Program-made: the position numbers and the translations under genes
Origin: Cyanophyceae cyanobacterium
Lineage (GTDB): Bacteria > Cyanobacteriota > Cyanobacteriia > Cyanobacteriales > JBHJGN01
NCBI GenBank assembly: GCA_050331735.1
Contig: JBHJGN010000063.1
Span: 4,174-68,173, forward strand
DNA length: 64,000 bases
Reading direction: 5' to 3'
Shown: positions 1-9,268 of the stretch, piece after piece
How positions within the stretch are numbered: position 1 is the stretch's first letter
Layout of the letters: every line of letters starts with the position of its first letter
Notes under the pieces: generated by a model
The model's database searches: none
Told to the model about the DNA's origin: nothing
The model's input: only the letters and a program-made list of their open reading frames with translations

Positions 1-1161
1 GCCAAGCTGACGGTGACTCAAACGCAGGTTAAAGATAGTAGCAATACTAACGAGCTATTCAATCTCAAGATTCCCATCGCCTTTGGCTACCAGCAGGAGG
101 GTGGCGTTTCCTTAAACACCATGACGCTGAAAATCCACGAACGCGAACAAAGCTTCTATTTCCCCCTAGCAGAAAAACCCCTCTTTGTTAGTTTTGATGT
201 CGGCAACAACTTCCTCAAGACGGTGACGCTAGAGTATCCCGTGGCGGAACTCAAAGCCCAGTTGCAGCACGATCCCGATCCGATTTCGCGAATCTATGCG
301 GCGACGGCTTTAGCCAAAAAAGGGGGACTAGAAGTGGTTAATGCTCTTGCGGACGCGTTGACCCATGAGCCGTTTTGGGGAATCCGAGTAGAGGTGGCGA
401 AACAGTTAGCCAAAATTAAACTTGACCAGGCGGCGACGGCTCTCATAGCAGGGTTAAAAGATGAGGATGCACGAGTTCGTCGTGCTGCGGTGGATGGCTT
501 AAGCCAGTTCAAAAATGACCACAGCTATCAAACTCTCACAGAATATTTAGAACGAGGCGACGCAAGCTACTACACCGAAGCGGCGATCGCCCGCGCTCTC
601 GGCGGCATGGTAGCAGGAAACCTGAAAGAAAAACAAGCAGAAGTCCTTAATTTACTCAAAACAGTGCTGGCAGAACGCTCCGGCTGGAATGAAGTGGTCC
701 GTTCAGGAGCGATCACCGGACTTAGCAAGATGAAAACGTTCCCAGAGGCAGCAGAGGCCATTTTAGAATATACTCACCCCGGCGTTCCCCAAGCCATGCG
801 TTTAGCGGCTATACGGGCATTAGGCGCCGTTTCTACCGGACAAACTCCGGATCAGGTAGAAATGATCTTAGAACAGCTAGAAACCCTCTCTGGGGAGTCT
901 TTTTTCCTCACGCAGGTATCCGTTTCCTCTGCCCTGGGGCAGATGCAGACTCCCAAAGCGATCAGCATTCTTCAGGCGTTAGCTCAGCAAACTCCCGATG
1001 GAAGAGTTCGCCGTCGAGCCGAGGAAGCCGTGAGCAAAGTGCAGCAAAATATTGGGTCAGATAAAGCCGTTAAGGAGTTACGCGAGGAACTCGATCAGCT
1101 TAAACAGGATAATCAGGATCTTAAGAGTCGTTTAGCTAAGCTAGAGGCGAGCACAAACTAG
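1..1161 (+). CDS. M1-family aminopeptidase (PepN-like), C-terminal part; the 5' end lies outside the window
   Basis: The frame is open from base 1. HEAT/PBS-lyase-like repeats (HEPFWGIRVEVAKQL, DEDARVRRAAVDGL, PQAMRLAAIRALG) and a coiled-coil tail match the C-terminal region of cyanobacterial aminopeptidase N. Confidence 0.55.
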   Translation, partial: AKLTVTQTQVKDSSNTNELFNLKIPIAFGYQQEGGVSLNTMTLKIHEREQSFYFPLAEKPLFVSFDVGNNFLKTVTLEYPVAELKAQLQHDPDPISRIYAATALAKKGGLEVVNALADALTHEPFWGIRVEVAKQLAKIKLDQAATALIAGLKDEDARVRRAAVDGLSQFKNDHSYQTLTEYLERGDASYYTEAAIARALGGMVAGNLKEKQAEVLNLLKTVLAERSGWNEVVRSGAITGLSKMKTFPEAAEAILEYTHPGVPQAMRLAAIRALGAVSTGQTPDQVEMILEQLETLSGESFFLTQVSVSSALGQMQTPKAISILQALAQQTPDGRVRRRAEEAVSKVQQNIGSDKAVKELREELDQLKQDNQDLKSRLAKLEASTN

Positions 1162-1237
1162 TTCTTTAGAAAAACCTAAAATAGGAATACGTTGTAGGCT
1201 ACTCGCTGTAGTAGCCTATTCCAATGATGCCCAGGGG

Positions 1238-1507
1238 ATGAAAAGAATGACCGCCAGCAGCGAGAGAAAATTACTGTCTCAAATTGATTCTGAACAACTA
1301 CGACCAATTCTGGCTCAACTTCTTGAGGGGCAACAGCAGACACACAATACCTTGAATAAGGTTAGCGAAGACACTCAAGCTGTAAAAGAAGATATTCAAA
1401 ACAGAAGAGAGCGACTCATCAAAATTGAGACGCGCCAAGAAGACTGGAAGCCTCAAATCGATAATATTGGCGGAGTCATTGAAAAAGTCGGTGAACTTAA
1501 GAATTAG
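1238..1507 (+). CDS. Hypothetical short coiled-coil protein, ending at a TAG that is followed in frame by a TM segment
   Basis: 89-aa ORF rich in heptad-like E/K/Q/L residues. The same frame continues past the TAG (1505-1507) to encode RQIALIVIAASVSGFLEWFLRGGRL. Confidence 0.45.
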   Translation: MKRMTASSERKLLSQIDSEQLRPILAQLLEGQQQTHNTLNKVSEDTQAVKEDIQNRRERLIKIETRQEDWKPQIDNIGGVIEKVGELKN

Positions 1508-1915
1508 CGACAGATCGCACTGATTGTTATCGCTGCATCTGTCAGCGGTTTTTTGGAATGGTTTTTGCGAGGCGGAAGACTGTAGGATTGCTCGCTAACG
1601 ATAGGAGCGATCGCCTCCGTTGCCATTCAAATTTTCTCTGCCATTCATCTCGGCGGGGTGCTGCTGGTGGAGCTATTGCGCCTGGCAGGCGTTTAAGAAA
1701 TTACGACGTAGCGGGTGCAGATCATCTTGAAGTAGAAATGTGGGCAGCGCGGCGCAGTTGGCAGGTTTTAGCAGAGCCATTAAAATATCAGATTAATCAG
1801 AAGAGGATAGCTTTAGAGGTCTGACTAATTAACTGAGATGCTATCATTTAATCCTGTTACTCTATCTGCTCAGATGACGACCGACTAAACTAAAGGTCGC
1901 TAATTACCTTGCACT

Positions 1916-2641
1916 ATGAGTGAGCCAACTGTCATCAGCGAAGATTTTTATATTCCAGATGCTGAGCAATTTGTCACGGAAGATGATATCCCGGTGGATA
2001 ATTTTGCCTCTGAAAAACAGCAGCGTTTTTTAGTGAGTTCCCTCTACAGCTCCAGATCCGAGCAAATTTTCATCGCTGCGGCTAACGTCGGTGTCTTTTA
2101 TCAAGACCGTCAGCCTGCAATTGTGCCAGATGTGTTTCTGAGCCTAGATGTTCAAGTTCCTGACAACTGGTGGAAAAAATCAAACCGCTCCTACCTGCTG
2201 TGGCAGTTTGGCAAACCACCAGAAGTCGTGATCGAAATTGTTTCTAATAAAGAAGGCTCGGAACTGAGTCAGAAGCTAGACATCTACGAACAGATGCGAG
2301 TTAGCTACTATATTGTCTACGATCCTAGTCAGCAGCTCAGTGACACAGAGCTGCGTATTTACGAACTGAGGGGAAGGCGATTCTTTGAAACCGAGCAAAC
2401 TTGGTTAGAACAAGTCGAGTTGGGGGTTGCTTTGTGGGAAGGAGAGTTTGAGGGCAGACAGGACACCTGGCTACGCTGGTGCGACAAAGACGGAACAATT
2501 TTACTAACGGGAGATGAACGCGCCGCACAGGCTGAATCCCGTGCTGTACAAGCTGAATCCCGTGCCGCACAGGCTGAATCCCGCGCCGAGCAGCTAGCAG
2601 AACAACTGCGGGCTTTAGGAATTAATCCTGATACTGTATAG
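1916..2641 (+). CDS. Uma2-family (DUF820) putative restriction-endonuclease-like protein
   Basis: The core (PDVFLSLD, PEVVIEIVS, Y...Y.IVDP) is typical of the Uma2 family that is massively expanded in cyanobacteria. The C-terminal tail is a coiled coil ending LRALGINPD. Confidence 0.8.
   Translation: MSEPTVISEDFYIPDAEQFVTEDDIPVDNFASEKQQRFLVSSLYSSRSEQIFIAAANVGVFYQDRQPAIVPDVFLSLDVQVPDNWWKKSNRSYLLWQFGKPPEVVIEIVSNKEGSELSQKLDIYEQMRVSYYIVYDPSQQLSDTELRIYELRGRRFFETEQTWLEQVELGVALWEGEFEGRQDTWLRWCDKDGTILLTGDERAAQAESRAVQAESRAAQAESRAEQLAEQLRALGINPDTV
2525..2587 (+). repeat. Three tandem 21-nt units inside the Uma2 gene, each encoding AQAESRA
   Basis: The units are gcacaggctgaatcccgtgct / gtacaagctgaatcccgtgcc / gcacaggctgaatcccgcgcc, all in frame. 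Confidence 0.95.
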
Positions 2642-2695
2642 ACGGAGTCAAGTTTTTAACCAAAGGCAAAGAAGCGATCGCCTCTTCAGCCCTTC

Positions 2696-2989
2696 CTATC
2701 TAGGCAAATTTCCCTCATCCTCGCGCCAATCTGGACAGGATTGCCCATTCCAACCATAAGGATGAAAGCCGCATACTAAAATTGTGCGCTTAGCACGGCT
2801 CTGACCGTAGGCTTTTCCGTGATAGTGAAGACATCCTTGACACGGTTGCGGACGAGCAGAAGCCGCTGATTCAAATCCTAGTTGAGAACGCAGAATTTGG
2901 CATTGAGACTGATAGCGATGCCAGCGACGATGAATCGCGCGGCGACGAATCAGATTGGCGGTGGGAGAGGAGATCTGAATTGATGCCAT
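2696..2989 (-). CDS. Conserved Cys-rich hypothetical protein (possibly DUF6464-like)
   Basis: 97-aa ORF with CQGC..HYHG...LVCGFHPYGW....CPDW, a likely metal-binding cysteine pattern. The family name is recalled, not verified. Confidence 0.45.
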   Translation of the reverse strand: MASIQISSPTANLIRRRAIHRRWHRYQSQCQILRSQLGFESAASARPQPCQGCLHYHGKAYGQSRAKRTILVCGFHPYGWNGQSCPDWREDEGNLPR

Positions 2990-3103
2990 CAGAATTAGCT
3001 CATGGTGCTGCGCTCAGGTGCTGGCAATAGCTTGTTCCAGTTTGCTGTTGACTGCAATTACCTCTAACTTACCCAAGCTACTGATAAATACGCCCATACC
3101 TCT

Positions 3104-3487
3104 TCATTGTGGCAAAAAATCTGTCAGAATTTCGTCGGGCTCATCATCAAAATCGTCATCATCAAGCATTGGGGATGGAGTGGCGGACTGCTGAAAAGTT
3201 TTGTCGGCTTGAGTTTGGCTCAGTTTTTGCTCTAAAATTTCCAGCCGCACGTGGAGAGATTTGAGCTGCTGTTTGTGAGGCTCAAGCTCAGACACTTTCT
3301 GTTTTAACTCGACGATCTCTTCCTCTAATTCAACGGTAACTTCCCGATCCATGCCAATGTATTGAGCGATCGCCTCTCGCACCAGTTCCGTCAGCGATCG
3401 CCCAGTCTGCGCCGATAGCAGTTCAAACCGCTCGATCCATTTTTGCGGAACAGGCGCTCCTAATACTCTTTCTTGATACTGGGCCAT
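3104..3487 (-). CDS. Ribbon-helix-helix (CopG/Arc-like) domain protein with a coiled coil and an acidic tail
   Basis: The N-terminus (WIERFELLSAQTGRSLTELVREAIAQYI) has the RHH pattern, followed by a heptad region and a DDDDFDDEPDE tail. Confidence 0.55.
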   Translation of the reverse strand: MAQYQERVLGAPVPQKWIERFELLSAQTGRSLTELVREAIAQYIGMDREVTVELEEEIVELKQKVSELEPHKQQLKSLHVRLEILEQKLSQTQADKTFQQSATPSPMLDDDDFDDEPDEILTDFLPQ

Positions 3488-3540
3488 AGGTTAAGCAAAA
3501 GTCATCCCAATCACACCAAAATTCGCCTCAGCGGCAGCAG

Positions 3541-4314
3541 CTACCGCCGATGAATCAACATGCCCGGGGCTTGGTCGGTGGGCATTAACACCACATCCAA
3601 AATATTAACGTGGGCGGGGCGAGTGACGCAGAAGAACACCACGTCAGCAACATCTTCAGGAGTGAGCGGAGTCATGCCTTTGTAGACATCTTCAGCGCGC
3701 TTAGTATCGCCGTGAAACCGCACATTACTAAAGTTAGTTTCAACCAGTCCCGGATCGACGCAGCACACCCGTACCGGAGTTCCCAACAGATCCTGTTTCA
3801 GCCCTTCGGAAATCGACCTAACCGCCGCTTTTGTCCCGCAATAGACGTTCCCACCAGGATAGGTTTGATGCCCTGCCGTCGAGCCAATATTAACAACGCA
3901 GCCCCGCCCTCGCTCTACCATCCCGGGAACGAGCGCTCGAGTGACGTAGAGTAATCCCTTGATATTGGTGTCGATCATTTCTTCCCACCCCTGAACATCC
4001 CCTTCATAGAGCTTATCGAGTCCCCGACTCAATCCGGCGTTGTTAATTAAAACATCTACCGCCTGCCAGGGAGAGGGCAGGGAGGAGAGGGATGAGGCTA
4101 CCGCCGAGCGATCGCTAACGTCTAGCTCGAGCCAATGAATGTTGCTGCCGTAATTTTTGGTTAAATCAGCAGCTAATTGCTCGAGAGGTTCTTGGCGACG
4201 CGCTGCCAAAATCAGTTGAGCACCCGCCGCCGCAAAAACTTGAGCACAGGAAGCGCCAATGCCGCTGCTAGCGCCGGTGATTAAAACAGTTTGGTCATCG
4301 ATTGGTGCTGGCAT
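3541..4314 (-). CDS. SDR-family NADP-dependent oxidoreductase (YdfG-like)
   Basis: Contains TGASSGIG (TGxxxGxG), NNAG and the catalytic S...YxxxK (YCGTK). Confidence 0.85.
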   Translation of the reverse strand: MPAPIDDQTVLITGASSGIGASCAQVFAAAGAQLILAARRQEPLEQLAADLTKNYGSNIHWLELDVSDRSAVASSLSSLPSPWQAVDVLINNAGLSRGLDKLYEGDVQGWEEMIDTNIKGLLYVTRALVPGMVERGRGCVVNIGSTAGHQTYPGGNVYCGTKAAVRSISEGLKQDLLGTPVRVCCVDPGLVETNFSNVRFHGDTKRAEDVYKGMTPLTPEDVADVVFFCVTRPAHVNILDVVLMPTDQAPGMLIHRR

Positions 4315-4335
4315 AAAGTCTCTAACGAATTAGCA

Positions 4336-4524
4336 TCAGGCAAATTTTTCCCACAGTACCCTTGTCAAAGTCAATAGCTCGTAGGCCACAAAGACACTCA
4401 AAATCACCGTAACAACCTGCCTGAGAACGGGAATATCACCGTGTCCAAACAGAGAGGCGATAAAGTAAACAACAACAACAGTAAACGCTAGAAGCACGGT
4501 CAGTTGCAAAGGAGACATAGACAA
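4336..4524 (-). CDS. Small two-TM membrane protein, hypothetical
   Basis: 62-aa ORF with two hydrophobic helices, lying directly downstream of the SDR gene on the same strand. Confidence 0.4.
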   Translation of the reverse strand: MSMSPLQLTVLLAFTVVVVYFIASLFGHGDIPVLRQVVTVILSVFVAYELLTLTRVLWEKFA

Positions 4525-4787
4525 TAGTATCTGCTATCAGAATCTATAAGTGGTTATTGCCGGAGAAACAGTTGGCGGGCTCAAATCTTGCTCTCGGGCA
4601 AACTCCACTCGAATATATCGAAAATTTGTCAGCTCTAGCCGAAGTAGTAAGGTTCTGTTAACAAATGTTTGTGCCTTACCTCGCCCCATTGCTGGTTCAT
4701 TATTCTTTGTTCATACAAATATCCCAATCAACAATCAACCAAAAATCCTAGGTATAATCCCAACAGAATTGAATTTGAGGCTCTAAG

Positions 4788-5270
4788 TTGGTGATTGCTG
4801 TTTATCCTGGTAGCTTTGATCCGATTACTTTTGGTCATCTTGATATTATTGAGCGCAGCGGCAGGCTTTTTGAGCACGTGATTGTAGCAGTTTTATGTAA
4901 CCCCAGCAAACAACCGCTATTTCCAGTCGCTAAGCGAGTTGAGCAAATTCGCACGTGTACTCAGCATTTGCCCAACGTTGAGATCGATAGTTTTACAGGT
5001 TTAACGGTAGAATACGCCAAACTGCGTCGCGCTGGAGTTCTGCTGCGGGGACTGCGAGTCCTCTCAGATTTTGAAAAAGAGCTACAGATGGCTCATACCA
5101 ATGAAACTCTTTGGAAGGGGGTAGAAACGGTGTTTCTTGCTACAAACAAAGATTACAGCTTTTTAAGCAGCAGCGTTGTTAAAGAGATTGCCAAATTTGG
5201 CGGTTCTGTGGCTCACCTTGTTCCTGAAAGTGTTGCTAAAGAGCTCTATAAACATTATCAATCGAGTTGA
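4788..5270 (+). CDS. coaD: Phosphopantetheine adenylyltransferase
   Basis: Contains the [16 protein letters not shown] nucleotidyltransferase motif. Length is 160 aa and the start codon is TTG. Confidence 0.9.
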   Translation: MVIAVYPGSFDPITFGHLDIIERSGRLFEHVIVAVLCNPSKQPLFPVAKRVEQIRTCTQHLPNVEIDSFTGLTVEYAKLRRAGVLLRGLRVLSDFEKELQMAHTNETLWKGVETVFLATNKDYSFLSSSVVKEIAKFGGSVAHLVPESVAKELYKHYQSS

Positions 5271-5520
5271 GCGTTTCTGGTCGCGTTTGGCAGCCGTTGA
5301 CTTTCAGCTACTTTTGTTGAACTGTCATCGATTAGTGCTTTAATCTTAGATAAACGCCATAGCGCTGATAGCAGCAATTAAATCTATCCTAAGAGTGAAT
5401 TACAACAGAGCTTGCTCACGCTCAACACAGCAGTCGGAGCCTGCCTTCGACTTCTGTGTTGAATATCCCCTCGAATCAAAAAGATTCTAGCTTCAGTAAG
5501 GTTATTGATTATTGCTCAAA

Positions 5521-6231
5521 ATGCCCAAAAAACTATCTTCCCCAAGCTCTTCCGCTGATCGGACCTCGCCTCCTGAAAAATCATCTCAGGAAGTAGACTT
5601 TAACATTCAGCAAGAATTTAATCGAGTTGAGGAAACAATTCTCAGCAGTCCGCGCATTCCCTTCACGCGGAGAACATTAGTTGACGAAGACAAGCTGCTG
5701 AACCAGCTTGATTTAGTCAGGATTAATTTACCAGAAGCCTTTGAAAAAGCGCTGACTATTGTGCAGCAGAAACAAGAAATTCTTCAAGACGCGCAAAGCT
5801 ATGCTCAAAATCTGATCAAAACTGCACAAAATCAAGCCGCTCAGCTTTTGGATAGTTCGGAGATTGTGCGGCGGGCGGAGCTAGAAGCCAATCAAATCCG
5901 TCAAAAAGTGCAGCAAGACTGCGAAACCCTACAGCGAAAGACGTTCGCCGAAATTGAGCAGAAGCGTCGCTCGACTTATCAGGAATTAGAGCAGATGCGT
6001 CAGGCTGCCCTTGCGGAGTGTGAAGAAATCCAGAACGGAGCCGACCACTATGCAGATGCTGCTTTGGAGCGGATTGAGCAACAGCTTGGCGATATGCTGA
6101 AAGTGATTCGCAACGGTCGTCAGCAAATTCACCAGCACTCTTCTCATAAAAGAGCGACCAGCGTTCCGCCTCGGGTACAGCTAGACAAAGGGAAAAAAGT
6201 TAAACAGAATGAGCGCTCGATTAAATCATAA
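5521..6231 (+). CDS. Coiled-coil protein (DivIVA / ATP-synthase-b-like), hypothetical
   Basis: Long heptad-rich helical region. The ATG at 5521 is preferred over the TTG at 5512 used by the track. No enzymatic motif is visible. Confidence 0.5.
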   Translation: MPKKLSSPSSSADRTSPPEKSSQEVDFNIQQEFNRVEETILSSPRIPFTRRTLVDEDKLLNQLDLVRINLPEAFEKALTIVQQKQEILQDAQSYAQNLIKTAQNQAAQLLDSSEIVRRAELEANQIRQKVQQDCETLQRKTFAEIEQKRRSTYQELEQMRQAALAECEEIQNGADHYADAALERIEQQLGDMLKVIRNGRQQIHQHSSHKRATSVPPRVQLDKGKKVKQNERSIKS

Positions 6232-6348
6232 CTGGGATGAGAGAAGTCGTTAGTGGCAACGATAGCCAATCTACCTCGGGTTCGTGGTTAGTTTTCGGGA
6301 GAAAGACCAGCCGCTCGCTCTGAGAAACTCGGCTCCAGCTCATTCATG

Positions 6349-7392
6349 CTATTTTTGAGGCTGGTAATACTCGTGAGAGAGAAATGGCACAGAGACTAAT
6401 TTTCCGGGCGTCTCTTGGACCCAGACCTCTAGTCCAGCATCGCCTACTTGAGACCGCACATAAGCTAAACCTGACGCTCCCCCCGCGGTTGCTATACAGC
6501 TAGTCAGTTCTCCAATTTTCTTGCCTTCAGCCAGAATCGGTCCTGGCTGAACGGGGGCTTCTAGCTGCACCCCCCACAGTCTTTGCTTAACCCCTTTGTA
6601 AGTATTCAAGCGAGCAATCGTTTCCTGTCCGATGTAGCAGCCTTTTTCAAAGGAAATGGCAGACCATAGTCCGGCTTCAAGAGGATTGTAGTCTTCTGTT
6701 AATTCTTGGCCAGGAGCGGGTCTGCCCTGCTGAACGCGGAGCTGCTCCCAAACGCGATCGCCTAAAGGAACTGCGTTTAAGGAAATTAGTTCTGACCACA
6801 CCGAAGCTGCCTGTTCAGCCGGACTGATTAGCGTATAGCCCGGCAAAGCCAAACCGCTCCCCAGAGCTATTCGTACCGACGCTTCACCGAGCTGACTCAG
6901 AACGTGATCTCCTGGTTGCGTAAGCACTTCGACTCCAATTTTTTCCCCAAGCTGTCTGCTTTGCGGACCAATTACTCTAAAAATGACTTGGGCATCAGCG
7001 AGATTGCTCAACTCGACTTTGTCAAAGGGAAAAATATAGCGGTCCATCCACTCCATTAACGGCTGTTGGCGCTGAGGCGAAACCAGGAGCAAAATAGCGT
7101 CCTGCGTCACGTACGCAGTTGCTAGCTCTAGAGTCCGCCCGGTGGAGGTTACAAACACGGTGTCGCACCCCTGTCCAGGCTGTAAGCGGTTAATATCGTT
7201 CGTGGTTTGATTGTGTAGAAACCGCTGGCGATCTGCGCCCCTAAGCTGGAGCAAACCTTCCGGGGAGTGATAGAGAGCTACCCCAGAAGTGGCAGCAGCA
7301 ATCGCCTCCTGATCGTTCCCAAAGCTAGATGGAGTGCCAGCTTCGGAAAACTCTGCTCCTGCTGAACCTTGTTGATTCTGTAGTTCTTTCAT
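6349..7392 (-). CDS. ygfZ: Folate-binding YgfZ/GcvT-family protein (Fe-S cluster repair factor)
   Basis: Contains the KGCYIGQETIARL signature of YgfZ and an aminomethyltransferase-like fold pattern. Confidence 0.8.
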   Translation of the reverse strand: MKELQNQQGSAGAEFSEAGTPSSFGNDQEAIAAATSGVALYHSPEGLLQLRGADRQRFLHNQTTNDINRLQPGQGCDTVFVTSTGRTLELATAYVTQDAILLLVSPQRQQPLMEWMDRYIFPFDKVELSNLADAQVIFRVIGPQSRQLGEKIGVEVLTQPGDHVLSQLGEASVRIALGSGLALPGYTLISPAEQAASVWSELISLNAVPLGDRVWEQLRVQQGRPAPGQELTEDYNPLEAGLWSAISFEKGCYIGQETIARLNTYKGVKQRLWGVQLEAPVQPGPILAEGKKIGELTSCIATAGGASGLAYVRSQVGDAGLEVWVQETPGKLVSVPFLSHEYYQPQK

Positions 7393-7410
7393 GGGTTATA
7401 GAAAGTGCAA

Positions 7411-7555
7411 GACGGGATGGGGAAAGAGTTCCTCCGGAACGGGGAATGGGGAAATAGTGACCAGTGATCAAGCTAACTAGCTAATTTGATAACTGTTAAG
7501 CCCCCCCTTTTCCCCTTCCCCTTTGCCCTTTTCCCTGCGCCGGTGGCGCTTCCCC
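7411..7555. repeat. MITE-like intergenic element, copy E1: GGGGAAW arm, conserved core, TTCCCC arm
   Basis: Shares the ~45-nt core cagtgatcaagctaactagcYaatttgataactgttaagcc with 12111-12287. The arms are GGGGAAW heptamers with 5-bp/3-nt mini-hairpins (gttcc tcc ggaac, gcgcc ggt ggcgc). Confidence 0.85.
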
Positions 7556-7557
7556 TT

Positions 7558-9060
7558 TTAGTTTAAATCCTCATCTTCCCCTTCTGGTATTCCCCCAAAC
7601 CGGGGTTGAGGAGGAATAGCGGCAATAATGGCATCGATGACTTTGGCAACGGGAATCACATCTAAGCCAAGGGTGTCGGGGTAGCTTTGCCCTTTAGGAA
7701 CGATCGCTCGCTTAAATCCGAGTTTAGCGGCTTCTTTGATCCGCAGCTCCATTTGGGAAACGAGCCGCACCTGACCACCTAAGCCAATTTCCCCGATGAG
7801 TACGGTGCGGGGATCGACAATGCGATCGCGGAAGCTGGCAACAACGGCGATCGCCATCCCCAGGTCAGCCGCCGGTTCTTCTACCCCCAGTCCGCCAGCG
7901 GAGGCGACATAAACATCTAGCTTAGATAAGGGAATCCCGACTCGTTTTTCGAGCACGGCCAGAATTTGCTGAAGGCGATTGTAGTCTACTCCGGTTGTCG
8001 AGCGTCGCGGGGAGCTGTAGCTAGTTGGACTGACTAGTGCCTGAAGTTCCACCACCAGCGGACGAGTGCCTTCACAGGCAACGACGGTGGAGGTTCCCGG
8101 AGCCAGTTCGTCTCGACTGCCCAGGAAAATCTCTGAGGGGTTGAGGACTTCCCGCAAGCCCTGATCGACCATTTCAAAGATGCCAATTTCGTGGGTGGCT
8201 CCAAAGCGGTTTTTCACCGAGCGCAGCAGCCGATGGGAAGCGTAGCGATCGCCCTCGAAGTACAGCACCGTATCGACGAGGTGTTCTAGCACTCGGGGTC
8301 CGGCGATCGCTCCTTCTTTAGTGACGTGACCGACAATCAAAAGCGTAATATTTTCCCGCTTAGCGATCTGCATCAGGGCAGACGTACATTCCCGCACCTG
8401 AGCCACAGAACCAGGGGCAGAGGTCAGAGCAGAAAAATGCAGGGTTTGAATACTGTCGATAACTGCTACCTGGGGTTTCAGCGATTCTAGCTCCCGCAAA
8501 ATTTCTTCTAAATCGGTTTCTGGCTGAACGAAGAGATTATCTGCTTTAGCGGCTGGTTCTCTGGCTTTTCCCTTGCCGTTTCCGTCCTGAACAGACTCGG
8601 TTTGTACCCCCAGACGAGAAGCTCTTAACTTCACCTGTTGCCCAGATTCTTCAGCAGAAACGTAAAGAATCCGCGGCAAACGGCGAGCGAGCTGATTCGC
8701 CGTTTGCAGCAGCAGCGTCGATTTACCAATGCCGGGATCGCCACCAATGAGAACGAGAGAACCCGGCACGATCCCTCCTCCCAATACTCGATCTAGCTCT
8801 TGATAGCCTGACTCAAATCGCGAGAGCACATCGCTTTTAATTTGAGAAAACCGCAGCGAGGCTCTCGGCTGGACCGGACCAACCGCTCTTTTTTCCTGCC
8901 GAACCGCCGATTGCCACCCACTGCGGCTAGCCGGAGCCGTTGGCGTGATAATTTGTTCTTCTAGCGGAATGTTGCTCCCGCAGCTTGGGCAGCGTCCCCA
9001 CCACTGTCCATGCTCTGCCCCACATTCGCTACAGACGTAGATTGTTTTGGTCTTCGGCAT
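7558..9060 (-). CDS. radA: DNA repair protein RadA/Sms
   Basis: Contains the N-terminal zinc finger CSECG..CPSCG, the Walker A motif GDPGIGKST, the KNRFG motif and a Lon-like C-terminal domain. Confidence 0.95.
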   Translation of the reverse strand: MPKTKTIYVCSECGAEHGQWWGRCPSCGSNIPLEEQIITPTAPASRSGWQSAVRQEKRAVGPVQPRASLRFSQIKSDVLSRFESGYQELDRVLGGGIVPGSLVLIGGDPGIGKSTLLLQTANQLARRLPRILYVSAEESGQQVKLRASRLGVQTESVQDGNGKGKAREPAAKADNLFVQPETDLEEILRELESLKPQVAVIDSIQTLHFSALTSAPGSVAQVRECTSALMQIAKRENITLLIVGHVTKEGAIAGPRVLEHLVDTVLYFEGDRYASHRLLRSVKNRFGATHEIGIFEMVDQGLREVLNPSEIFLGSRDELAPGTSTVVACEGTRPLVVELQALVSPTSYSSPRRSTTGVDYNRLQQILAVLEKRVGIPLSKLDVYVASAGGLGVEEPAADLGMAIAVVASFRDRIVDPRTVLIGEIGLGGQVRLVSQMELRIKEAAKLGFKRAIVPKGQSYPDTLGLDVIPVAKVIDAIIAAIPPQPRFGGIPEGEDEDLN

Positions 9061-9268
9061 TGCAGGTTTTTAAGAAAGTTTAAAATTTTAAAAAATAGTT
9101 GAGGATATACTTCTAAATAGAAAAAAGCTGATTCCTTAGTAAAACTTCAAAGTATTTCAGATATAATCACCGATGGCCAAAGAGCCAGTGGGAAAAGATA
9201 ATCTATAAATAACTGTACGTAAATGAAACTTTTTGAAATTAGCAATTTTAATTTAGGAGTGACACACG

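Noticed and set aside
294-761. Antisense ORFs inside the aminopeptidase gene (294-512, 570-761). The same kind of shadow ORF occurs inside many other genes, e.g. 12290-12604, 12951-13520, 20929-21471, 35966-36382, 36721-37149, 37466-37801, 42694-43052 and 57890-58221
   Set aside because: Each lies wholly within, and opposite or out of frame to, a gene with clear family motifs. Their compositions (Arg/Ser/Pro-rich) are typical of shadow frames.
1529-1554. A stem (atcgctg / cagcggt) followed by TTTTTT, which looks like an intrinsic terminator after the 89-aa ORF
   Set aside because: The same bases encode the hydrophobic in-frame extension (..VIAASVSGFL..), so the hairpin/T-run may be a by-product of coding sequence. 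It is kept only as an alternative explanation in the finding.
1558-1824. An 88-aa ORF in the spacer before the Uma2 gene
   Set aside because: It is Arg/Ala/Gly-rich with no motif or SD, and it overlaps the putative tail-anchor extension. It is probably non-coding.
4550-4786. A 78-aa ORF upstream of coaD, and a TATAAT at 4753-4758
   Set aside because: The ORF has no support and fills a promoter region. The TATAAT lacks a convincing -35 at 17-bp spacing, so it is not reported as a feature.
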